A stretch of 64,000 bases of DNA, taken from positions 30,008,001 through 30,072,000 of the forward strand of contig OZ024746.1 of NCBI GenBank assembly GCA_964016885.1, read 5' to 3'. The stretch comes from Eledone cirrhosa (taxonomy: Eukaryota). The notes below the pieces were generated by a model. That model ran no database searches. It saw nothing but the letters and a program-made list of their open reading frames with translations, and had not been told where the DNA came from. Below are positions 54,413 through 64,000 of this stretch, one piece after another; the first letter of the stretch is position 1; every line of letters begins with the position of its first letter. A program made the translations under genes and the position numbers.

Positions 54413-57400
54413 ATGACCCTCCCCAAATATAACAATATCTGTTTCGACACACGATTTCATATAAAAAACCTCGCAAAACTAATTCATCGCCGCTATGGCA
54501 TTAGCTTGTGCCAAGCTGAAAGGTTATTGAAAGACACTGTTTTCTGTTATATAAAAACTACAATAACAACAGAACAAATCCGCTTCTTAAAACACTGTGT
54601 TTCCTCCAAAACATACACAACAAACATATCAAAACAAGTAAATAATTTATTATTGAACAAAACACAAGCTGAACGGCTAAAACACACAATAACAGTTAAT
54701 ATGAAAAGAACAACATACACAAAAGTCAACGCACTCTACAGACAAAAACGCATCAACGGTAAGGAAATCCGAAATCTCATCACAGCAAACGAGAGAGATG
54801 ACTTCATGAGCGTCATCCGACGCGAAACGAAATATGCTCAAAACGAATGCTGTAGGCATTTCAAGAAGAAATTAGAATGGATGAATAAGAAAAAACTACA
54901 AGAAAGGAAAATCGAATATTCTCAAAAATACCCAGATAACATCGACAACATCCGTATGAGTGATGTAAAACTACCGGAAGAATTTACCAATGACCACACA
55001 GTAAATATCTATGGGAACACTTTAATCAGTGAACAAGAACAACAAATCCTAAAGTTACCACCAAAATTTGCCATCTACAAAAAGATTAATCCTATGGAAT
55101 GCAAAACGGAGCTGGAAAAGTGTTTCACAAAAATACGTTGGAATGCAAAGGTAAACAACAACAACAATAATAACGGTAGTAGTAATATAAACAATAACTC
55201 TGGGTATAGAAATAACAGCCATAACCATAACAATGGCAGGAAAGTGAGAAATAGTGATAATGGTAATAATACTAGCGATAGACAGAACAACAACAACCAC
55301 AATAATAATAATAATAGAAACGTTAACCACAGACACAGCAACAGTGACCACAGTAGTAATAACGGTAACAATACGAACAACAACAACAACAATAACCACA
55401 GTGGTAATAATGGAAATAGTACATGTAGCAACATCAACAAAAACAAGAAACATAATAATAGTAACAACCACAATGGTAGAAATAGCAGTAACAACAACAA
55501 CAATAACGGTGAAGTAAACAACAATACATCTAGCAATCATAACAATAATAATATTAATGCTAAGGATAGAAACAACAACAACCACCATGATAACAATAAT
55601 AGCAACACACACAACTATGACGATAGAAATAACGACAACCCCTTAGAGAAACTATTTTTCAACCCAGCTGACAAAACATATAAGATGGGTAATATCTATC
55701 CTACGAGGTTACCCTTTAATAAAAGAGTTTGCATACCACAACAAATAGATGACGAGACGGAGGCACAGTTCACCATAGCTAGAAATAAGATTAGACAAGT
55801 AGTAGACAGGTACACTATGAGACAGAGCAGACCAGAGGCCCAACAACTTGGGATAAAACCTGTAGAAGGCTTGGTTAGCCTCAAGCAGCGCACAAGGGAT
55901 GGTGAGGTAGTGTGTCTACCCACAGATAAGTCTGGTAGGATGTCAATAGATAGCATGCCGAACTACATCGAGGCAATGCAACCCCACATCACCAACACGA
56001 GCGAAGTTGCACAACTAACACACGATGGGAGAGAAAAAATCCTCAACGCTCACATGATGATGTGGACTGACATCCTAAAGCCAAGCAGACGCACTGCCAA
56101 CAACTTCCAGGCGTCTAACAATGGCATACCACCCTTGTATGGGCTCCGCAAAGACCACAAGACAGTCGACGACCCGACAATAGGACCACCAACAAGACCT
56201 GTATGCGGAGCTAATATAGCTAGCAACTACAGGATCTCCTACTTCCTCTCAATGGTTATACGCCCCATAATCAAGATGTCCCCAGATGTATGTGAAAGTA
56301 CAGAGGACCTCCTCAGCAGAATCAGTGAGTGCAACAAAAACAGGAGCCTATCCAACTGCATAATAGGCAGCATGGATGTGGTGTCACTGTACCCATCCAT
56401 TAACATTGATTTTGCTGTGAAAAGATGTGTGGAGATGATCATTGAGAGTGAGGTGGAGTTCTGCGACGTCGACACAGACGAACTGGGCCTCCTACTTAGA
56501 CTTACCTACGACACTGACTACCTAGACAGCCATGACCTTAGATGTTTCTGCCCTAGTAGACCTATAAGAGGTAGACCCCCCACCATAACCTCAATGGCTA
56601 AAAAGACTCCCATAGGAAGGTGGATTGGGTGGACCAAAGCTATACGGACCCCCCAAAACACTGATCAGGTAAGAAAAATGGTCGCACATGCAATAGGGGC
56701 TAGTATCAAAACTACCCTAAAGGGCCACATATTTAAGTTCAATGAGAAAATCTACACCCAAAATGAGGGAGCAGCCATCGGCGTCAGCATAGCTGGCGAT
56801 GTTGCCAACCTTTTCATGGTATGGTGGGAAAGGAGACTTAAAGATCTCCTTAATGAAAGCTCCATAGACCTCATCATGTACTCTCGTTATGTAGACGATA
56901 TCAATATAGTTATAAGAACACCCCCACTAGAGAGCACTAACAAGTTTGATTTAGAACGTAGCACGATGGAAAGCATCCAGCAGATAGCTAATTCCATACA
57001 CCAGAGTATAACTGTAACTATAGACTTCCCTTCCAAACACCCTAACAATAGACTACCTGTATTAGACACAGAACTCTGGATTAACACTATAGACGAGAGA
57101 GCCCAAATTCTCCACTCACACTATGCTAAACTCATGGCCTCCAAATACCTGATACTCAAAAACTCAGCAATGTCCAGTAGTGCTAAGTTTAATATTCTGA
57201 TCGCAGATTTGGTACGAGTGATGAAGAATGTGTCCAGCATGTGCGACCCAACAGAAATGGAAGGACACATCCAACACTTCATCAACCGCATGCAGTTCTC
57301 TGGCTACAACCAAAGAGACAGAGTCAGAGTATACGAAGGAGCCATGGAAAAGTATAAGACCCTCATAGAACTGGACATGAAAGGAATGTGCCCACTATAC

Positions 57401-58045
57401 AGGAGCAAATCATGGAATAGCTTAGATAGGGCTAGACATAAGATAGGGAAGGCCACATCATGGTACGACAACCAGAGATATCAGAGTGTCATGTTTGTGG
57501 ACGCCACCCCTGGAGGGAAATTAGCTAACCAGTGTAGAAAGGCCCTGAGAAAGACCCACTTAAAAATAAAGGTGGTAGAAAAGCCAGGAACCACCATAAA
57601 ATCCCTGATCAGCAAAACCTACCCTTTTAAGAAAACCCACTGTACCAATAGGAAATGTATCATATGTAAGGTGAACCCCCGGATAAACTGTAAAACTAGA
57701 AACGTAGTCTATAGCATAAGATGTACAGAGGGTACTTGCAGAAACACGACAACAACATACATAGGTGAGACAGCTCGTAGCATAGGTGAAAGGATAGACC
57801 AACACTGGGGGGAACTAAAAGGACGAAAAAACGGGTCAGTACTATACGAACATGCTAGACAACATCATGACGGTAACATAGACAACATAGAAATTAGAAT
57901 AATATCTAAACATAGGAATGACCCAGCAGATAGGCAAATCAGAGAGGCCAGTGAAATAGAAATTAGAAGACCAAAGCTAAACAGAAAGAATGAGTGGAAC
58001 AACAACAACACCCAAACAAACAACACTGACCTAAGAGAAGTATAA
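54413..58045 (+). CDS. PLE polyprotein, copy 5 (private P>L 57132, I>M 57388)
   Basis: Intact 1210-aa ORF with RT and GIY-YIG motifs. Confidence 0.96.
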   Translation: MTLPKYNNICFDTRFHIKNLAKLIHRRYGISLCQAERLLKDTVFCYIKTTITTEQIRFLKHCVSSKTYTTNISKQVNNLLLNKTQAERLKHTITVNMKRTTYTKVNALYRQKRINGKEIRNLITANERDDFMSVIRRETKYAQNECCRHFKKKLEWMNKKKLQERKIEYSQKYPDNIDNIRMSDVKLPEEFTNDHTVNIYGNTLISEQEQQILKLPPKFAIYKKINPMECKTELEKCFTKIRWNAKVNNNNNNNGSSNINNNSGYRNNSHNHNNGRKVRNSDNGNNTSDRQNNNNHNNNNNRNVNHRHSNSDHSSNNGNNTNNNNNNNHSGNNGNSTCSNINKNKKHNNSNNHNGRNSSNNNNNNGEVNNNTSSNHNNNNINAKDRNNNNHHDNNNSNTHNYDDRNNDNPLEKLFFNPADKTYKMGNIYPTRLPFNKRVCIPQQIDDETEAQFTIARNKIRQVVDRYTMRQSRPEAQQLGIKPVEGLVSLKQRTRDGEVVCLPTDKSGRMSIDSMPNYIEAMQPHITNTSEVAQLTHDGREKILNAHMMMWTDILKPSRRTANNFQASNNGIPPLYGLRKDHKTVDDPTIGPPTRPVCGANIASNYRISYFLSMVIRPIIKMSPDVCESTEDLLSRISECNKNRSLSNCIIGSMDVVSLYPSINIDFAVKRCVEMIIESEVEFCDVDTDELGLLLRLTYDTDYLDSHDLRCFCPSRPIRGRPPTITSMAKKTPIGRWIGWTKAIRTPQNTDQVRKMVAHAIGASIKTTLKGHIFKFNEKIYTQNEGAAIGVSIAGDVANLFMVWWERRLKDLLNESSIDLIMYSRYVDDINIVIRTPPLESTNKFDLERSTMESIQQIANSIHQSITVTIDFPSKHPNNRLPVLDTELWINTIDERAQILHSHYAKLMASKYLILKNSAMSSSAKFNILIADLVRVMKNVSSMCDPTEMEGHIQHFINRMQFSGYNQRDRVRVYEGAMEKYKTLIELDMKGMCPLYRSKSWNSLDRARHKIGKATSWYDNQRYQSVMFVDATPGGKLANQCRKALRKTHLKIKVVEKPGTTIKSLISKTYPFKKTHCTNRKCIICKVNPRINCKTRNVVYSIRCTEGTCRNTTTTYIGETARSIGERIDQHWGELKGRKNGSVLYEHARQHHDGNIDNIEIRIISKHRNDPADRQIREASEIEIRRPKLNRKNEWNNNNTQTNNTDLREV

Positions 58046-58545
58046 ATAAATAAGTAAATTAAATTAAATAAAATGAGATAAATAAATACATACACAAGCA
58101 CATAAACACACACTAGTCACCCAGCAGACACAACACTATACACACTAGTCACACATAACACTATACACACACGCAAACGCATGCGCAAAGAAGACAAAAT
58201 AAAATAAGATAAACAAACAAGCAAATAAATAAATAAATATATAGACAGACTGAACAAAAAAAAAAAAAAAAAAAATGGCGTAGACATACAACACAACAGG
58301 AGGAACAATGAATATAACACCACTGACGATGTTGCAGATGTGCAACGAAAGATTTATGTAAACTATATATATATGTGTTTGTCTATATTGTATCTGTATT
58401 ATTTTTGACCGCCGGTCAGTCAATGGCAACATTGAGGACCGAGTAAGTTAGATCGCAGATATATATATATAAAAGACAGCGAGAAGCGAAAACCAACCAA
58501 ACAGTGAGTGTGTTCTGTTATTAATTCTGGCAATATTACGCAAAT

Positions 58546-61500
58546 ATGACCCTCCCCAAATATAACAATATCTGTTTCGACACACGATTTCATATAAAAA
58601 ACCTCGCAAAACTAATTCATCGCCGCTATGGCATTAGCTTGTGCCAAGCTGAAAGGTTATTGAAAGACACTGTTTTCTGTTATATAAAAACTACAATAAC
58701 AACAGAACAAATCCGCTTCTTAAAACACTGTGTTTCCTCCAAAACATACACAACAAACATATCAAAACAAGTAAATAATTTATTATTGAACAAAACACAA
58801 GCTGAACGGCTAAAACACACAATAACAGTTAATATGAAAAGAACAACATACACAAAAGTCAACGCACTCTACAGACAAAAACGCATCAACGGTAAGGAAA
58901 TCCGAAATCTCATCACAGCAAACGAGAGAGATGACTTCATGAGCGTCATCCGACGCGAAACGAAATATGCTCAAAACGAATGCTGTAGGCATTTCAAGAA
59001 GAAATTAGAATGGATGAATAAGAAAAAACTACAAGAAAGGAAAATCGAATATTCTCAAAAATACCCAGATAACATCGACAACATCCGTATGAGTGATGTA
59101 AAACTACCGGAAGAATTTACCAATGACCACACAGTAAATATCTATGGGAACACTTTAATCAGTGAACAAGAACAACAAATCCTAAAGTTACCACCAAAAT
59201 TTGCCATCTACAAAAAGATTAATCCTATGGAATGCAAAACGGAGCTGGAAAAGTGTTTCACAAAAATACGTTGGAATGCAAAGGTAAACAACAACAACAA
59301 TAATAACGGTAGTAGTAATATAAACAATAACTCTGGGTATAGAAATAACAGCCATAACCATAACAATGGCAGGAAAGTGAGAAATAGTGATAATGGTAAT
59401 AATACTAGCGATAGACAGAACAACAACAACCACAATAATAATAATAATAGAAACGTTAACCACAGACACAGCAACAGTGACCACAGTAGTAATAACGGTA
59501 ACAATACGAACAACAACAACAACAATAACCACAGTGGTAATAATGGAAATAGTACATGTAGCAACATCAACAAAAACAAGAAACATAATAATAGTAACAA
59601 CCACAATGGTAGAAATAGCAGTAACAACAACAACAATAACGGTGAAGTAAACAACAATACATCTAGCAATCATAACAATAATAATATTAATGCTAAGGAT
59701 AGAAACAACAACAACCACCATGATAACAATAATAGCAACACACACAACTATGACGATAGAAATAACGACAACCCCTTAGAGAAACTATTTTTCAACCCAG
59801 CTGACAAAACATATAAGATGGGTAATATCTATCCTACGAGGTTACCCTTTAATAAAAGAGTTTGCATACCACAACAAATAGATGACGAGACGGAGGCACA
59901 GTTCACCATAGCTAGAAATAAGATTAGACAAGTAGTAGACAGGTACACTATGAGACAGAGCAGACCAGAGGCCCAACAACTTGGGATAAAACCTGTAGAA
60001 GGCTTGGTTAGCCTCAAGCAGCGCACAAGGGATGGTGAGGTAGTGTGTCTACCCACAGATAAGTCTGGTAGGATGTCAATAGATAGCATGCCGAACTACA
60101 TCGAGGCAATGCAACCCCACATCACCAACACGAGCGAAGTTGCACAACTAACACACGATGGGAGAGAAAAAATCCTCAACGCTCACATGATGATGTGGAC
60201 TGACATCCTAAAGCCAAGCAGACGCACTGCCAACAACTTCCAGGCGTCTAACAATGGCATACCACCCTTGTATGGGCTCCGCAAAGACCACAAGACAGTC
60301 GACGACCCGACAATAGGACCACCAACAAGACCTGTATGCGGAGCTAATATAGCTAGCAACTACAGGATCTCCTACTTCCTCTCAATGGTTATACGCCCCA
60401 TAATCAAGATGTCCCCAGATGTATGTGAAAGTACAGAGGACCTCCTCAGCAGAATCAGTGAGTGCAACAAAAACAGGAGCCTATCCAACTGCATAATAGG
60501 CAGCATGGATGTGGTGTCACTGTACCCATCCATTAACATTGATTTTGCTGTGAAAAGATGTGTGGAGATGATCATTGAGAGTGAGGTGGAGTTCTGCGAC
60601 GTCGACACAGACGAACTGGGCCTCCTACTTAGACTTACCTACGACACTGACTACCTAGACAGCCATGACCTTAGATGTTTCTGCCCTAGTAGACCTATAA
60701 GAGGTAGACCCCCCACCATAACCTCAATGGCTAAAAAGACTCCCATAGGAAGGTGGATTGGGTGGACCAAAGCTATACGGACCCCCCAAAACACTGATCA
60801 GGTAAGAAAAATGGTCGCACATGCAATAGGGGCTAGTATCAAAACTACCCTAAAGGGCCACATATTTAAGTTCAATGAGAAAATCTACACCCAAAATGAG
60901 GGAGCAGCCATCGGCGTCAGCATAGCTGGCGATGTTGCCAACCTTTTCATGGTATGGTGGGAAAGGAGACTTAAAGATCTCCTTAATGAAAGCTCCATAG
61001 ACCTCATCATGTACTCTCGTTATGTAGACGATATCAATATAGTTATAAGAACACCCCCACTAGAGAGCACTAACAAGTTTGATTTAGAACGTAGCACGAT
61101 GGAAAGCATCCAGCAGATAGCTAATTCCATACACCAGAGTATAACTGTAACTATAGACTTCCCTTCCAAACACCCTAACAATAGACTACCTGTATTAGAC
61201 ACAGAACTCTGGATTAACACTATAGACGAGAGAGCCCAAATTCTCCACTCACACTATGCTAAACCCATGGCCTCCAAATACCTGATACTCAAAAACTCAG
61301 CAATGTCCAGTAGTGCTAAGTTTAATATTCTGATCGCAGATTTGGTACGAGTGATGAAGAATGTGTCCAGCATGTGCGACCCAACAGAAATGGAAGGACA
61401 CATCCAACACTTCATCAACCGCATGCAGTTCTCTGGCTACAACCAAAGAGACAGAGTCAGAGTATACGAAGGAGCCATGGAAAAGTATAAGACCCTCATA

Positions 61501-62178
61501 GAACTGGACATGAAAGGAATTTGCCCACTATACAGGAGCAAATCATGGAATAGCTTAGATAGGGCTAGACATAAGATAGGGAAGGCCACATCATGGTACG
61601 ACAACCAGAGATATCAGAGTGTCATGTTTGTGGACGCCACCCCTGGAGGGAAATTAGCTAACCAGTGTAGAAAGGCCCTGAGAAAGACCCACTTAAAAAT
61701 AAAGGTGGTAGAAAAGCCAGGAACCACCATAAAATCCCTGATCAGCAAAACCTACCCTTTTAAGAAAACCCACTGTACCAATAGGAAATGTATCATATGT
61801 AAGGTGAACCCCCGGATAAACTGTAAAACTAGAAACGTAGTCTATAGCATAAGATGTACAGAGGGTACTTGCAGAAACACGACAACAACATACATAGGTG
61901 AGACAGCTCGTAGCATAGGTGAAAGGATAGACCAACACTGGGGGGAACTAAAAGGACGAAAAAACGGGTCAGTACTATACGAACATGCTAGACAACATCA
62001 TGACGGTAACATAGACAACATAGAAATTAGAATAATATCTAAACATAGGAATGACCCAGCAGATAGGCAAATCAGAGAGGCCAGTGAAATAGAAATTAGA
62101 AGACCAAAGCTAAACAGAAAGAATGAGTGGAACAACAACAACACCCAAACAAACAACACTGACCTAAGAGAAGTATAA
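58546..62178 (+). CDS. PLE polyprotein, copy 6
   Basis: Intact 1210-aa ORF; no amino-acid difference from copy 1 seen by eye. Confidence 0.96.
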   Translation: MTLPKYNNICFDTRFHIKNLAKLIHRRYGISLCQAERLLKDTVFCYIKTTITTEQIRFLKHCVSSKTYTTNISKQVNNLLLNKTQAERLKHTITVNMKRTTYTKVNALYRQKRINGKEIRNLITANERDDFMSVIRRETKYAQNECCRHFKKKLEWMNKKKLQERKIEYSQKYPDNIDNIRMSDVKLPEEFTNDHTVNIYGNTLISEQEQQILKLPPKFAIYKKINPMECKTELEKCFTKIRWNAKVNNNNNNNGSSNINNNSGYRNNSHNHNNGRKVRNSDNGNNTSDRQNNNNHNNNNNRNVNHRHSNSDHSSNNGNNTNNNNNNNHSGNNGNSTCSNINKNKKHNNSNNHNGRNSSNNNNNNGEVNNNTSSNHNNNNINAKDRNNNNHHDNNNSNTHNYDDRNNDNPLEKLFFNPADKTYKMGNIYPTRLPFNKRVCIPQQIDDETEAQFTIARNKIRQVVDRYTMRQSRPEAQQLGIKPVEGLVSLKQRTRDGEVVCLPTDKSGRMSIDSMPNYIEAMQPHITNTSEVAQLTHDGREKILNAHMMMWTDILKPSRRTANNFQASNNGIPPLYGLRKDHKTVDDPTIGPPTRPVCGANIASNYRISYFLSMVIRPIIKMSPDVCESTEDLLSRISECNKNRSLSNCIIGSMDVVSLYPSINIDFAVKRCVEMIIESEVEFCDVDTDELGLLLRLTYDTDYLDSHDLRCFCPSRPIRGRPPTITSMAKKTPIGRWIGWTKAIRTPQNTDQVRKMVAHAIGASIKTTLKGHIFKFNEKIYTQNEGAAIGVSIAGDVANLFMVWWERRLKDLLNESSIDLIMYSRYVDDINIVIRTPPLESTNKFDLERSTMESIQQIANSIHQSITVTIDFPSKHPNNRLPVLDTELWINTIDERAQILHSHYAKPMASKYLILKNSAMSSSAKFNILIADLVRVMKNVSSMCDPTEMEGHIQHFINRMQFSGYNQRDRVRVYEGAMEKYKTLIELDMKGICPLYRSKSWNSLDRARHKIGKATSWYDNQRYQSVMFVDATPGGKLANQCRKALRKTHLKIKVVEKPGTTIKSLISKTYPFKKTHCTNRKCIICKVNPRINCKTRNVVYSIRCTEGTCRNTTTTYIGETARSIGERIDQHWGELKGRKNGSVLYEHARQHHDGNIDNIEIRIISKHRNDPADRQIREASEIEIRRPKLNRKNEWNNNNTQTNNTDLREV

Positions 62179-62678
62179 ATAAATAAGTAAATTAAATTAA
62201 ATAAAATGAGATAAATAAATACATACACAAGCACATAAACACACACTAGTCACCCAGCAGACACAACACTATACACACTAGTCACACATAACACTATACA
62301 CACACGCAAACGCATGCGCAAAGAAGACAAAATAAAATAAGATAAACAAACAAGCAAATAAATAAATAAATATATAGACAGACTGAACAAAAAAAAAAAA
62401 AAAAAAAATGGCGTAGACATACAACACAACAGGAGGAACAATGAATATAACACCACTGACGATGTTGCAGATGTGCAACGAAAGATTTATGTAAACTATA
62501 TATATATGTGTTTGTCTATATTGTATCTGTATTATTTTTGACCGCCGGTCAGTCAATGGCAACATTGAGGACCGAGTAAGTTAGATCGCAGATATATATA
62601 TATAAAAGACAGCGAGAAGCGAAAACCAACCAAACAGTGAGTGTGTTCTGTTATTAATTCTGGCAATATTACGCAAAT

Positions 62679-62762
62679 ATGACCCTCCCCAAATATAACA
62701 ATATCTGTTTCGACACACGATTTCATATAAAAAACCTCGCAAAACTAATTCATCGCCGCTAT
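62679..62762 (+). pseudogene. Terminal 84-nt start of the PLE ORF (pLTR 3' tail)
   Basis: MTLPKYNNIC...IHRRY then abrupt change to AT-rich flank. Confidence 0.9.
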
Positions 62763-62772
62763 ATTATAATAT
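62760..62772. repeat. Right putative target-site duplication TATATTATAATAT
   Basis: Identical 13-mer at 35475-35487; overlaps element end by 3 nt. Confidence 0.7.
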
Positions 62773-63059
62773 ATATATATATAATCTGTTATTTTAATAA
62801 ATATTTGCTCTACGGTTCTTATATATTTGAAATATTTATTTATCCTTATCTAGCCCTCTTTAGATTTTTGTCTTCAAATGTATTATTATTACTATATATA
62901 TATATATACATATATATAAAGAAATATTTATGTTACCACTAAGACCACTGGAATTGAGTTCTTTAGAAAGTCTAAGTAGGAACATTATGTTTGGGCACCG
63001 ATCTGATGCCTTTAATTAATAACCTCAACAAACATCATGATAAAAAAAATACTAACTCA

Positions 63060-63470
63060 TAATAATTGTTTCTACTTTTGGCACAAGGCCAGCAATTATC
63101 CAGGACATTACTGGTACTTTATTTTATCGACCCCGTAAGGATGAAAGGCAAAGCTAACCTCGGCGGGATTTGAACTCAACTAACAATACTAACTTATAAT
63201 AATTGTTTCTACTTTTGGCACAATGCCAGCAATTACTATTAGTATTAATACTTGTTTCTACTTTAGGCACAAGGCCAGCAATTACCCAGTGCATTACTGG
63301 TACTTTATTTTATCGACCCCGTAATACTGACTTATAATAATGAATTCTGATTTAGACAAAGAAATATATATAAATGAGGGCAAAGTTGATTAAATCGACC
63401 GCACTACATGACTTGTTGTTTATCAACCCTGAAAGGATGAAGAGAAAAGTTGATATTGGAGGGATTTGAA
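63060..63470 (-). mobile_element. Cluster of truncated SINE 3' ends
   Basis: Repeated TTGTTTCTACTTT.GGCACAA...TTTATCGACCCCGTAA blocks. Confidence 0.78.
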
Positions 63471-63901
63471 CGTAAACATACGATAATTATTAGAGAGGAA
63501 AGTTTTATTATATACCACATTTATCTAAATTATAATTAATGAAAATGAAAATATAATGTGTAATCAAAATATAATGTTATTTGCAATAAAATCGGAAACG
63601 ATAATAGCAAACATTTGTTACATTTAAATAATATCTGATATCAAAAAATAATATTAAGTAAATATATAAAAATCAATTAGGAAAATATGAAAAAAAACAC
63701 AAAAATCGATATACTTTAATGTGTATTTTAGCACATAGATAATGTAAATATTGTGGAAAATAAATTTCTTTTCTTTTTCTTAAATATCAACGGCTATAGG
63801 ATGTAAAATATGCAACTGTTGTTGAAGAAAATGATAAGAGAATAACCAAGTTCATGTATGTATTATATATAACACGGAACGTGAAATAAACACGTCTTTA
63901 T

Positions 63902-63947
<46 letters not shown>

Positions 63948-64000
63948 GTCTGTGTGTCTGTGCGTATATATATAAATGTGTGTCTGTGTGTGTGCGTATA

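Larger units (their letters stand above)
35484..62762. mobile_element. Palindromic tandem array of a Penelope-like element (PLE): minus arm 35484-49083, plus arm 49082-62762, unit ~4133 bp
   Basis: Near-identical 1210-aa ORFs recur every 4132-4134 bp, three on minus and three on plus (one frameshifted). Orientation switches at 49082-49083. Both outer ends stop just inside the ORF start. Confidence 0.97.

Overview
AT-rich, microsatellite-saturated eukaryotic DNA with no recognisable host exons. The SINE types and (TA)n/(CA)n density suggest a cephalopod/octopus-like genome (inference). The dominant feature is a ~27.3 kb head-to-head palindromic array (35484-62762) of a Penelope-like retroelement (PLE). 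Its ~4133-bp unit encodes a 1210-aa RT + C-terminal GIY-YIG protein with an Asn-rich insert. About 3.3 exact head-to-tail units point left and about 3.3 point right, each unit junction carries a candidate hammerhead ribozyme (HHR), and the array is bounded by a 13-nt direct repeat (TATATTATAATAT) that looks like a target-site duplication of one insertion event. The first 35 kb holds small versions of the same architecture: HHR-bearing fold-back insertions in (TA)n, a tandem ~500-bp HHR retrozyme-like array with a terminal inversion, and a decayed Naiad-type PLE with inverted pseudo-LTRs. It also holds unusual HHR variants (U3-A8 core swap, ~80-100 nt stem II inserts), many tRNA-derived SINEs, LINE fragments and simple repeats. 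All RNA structures were paired by eye and none is tested.
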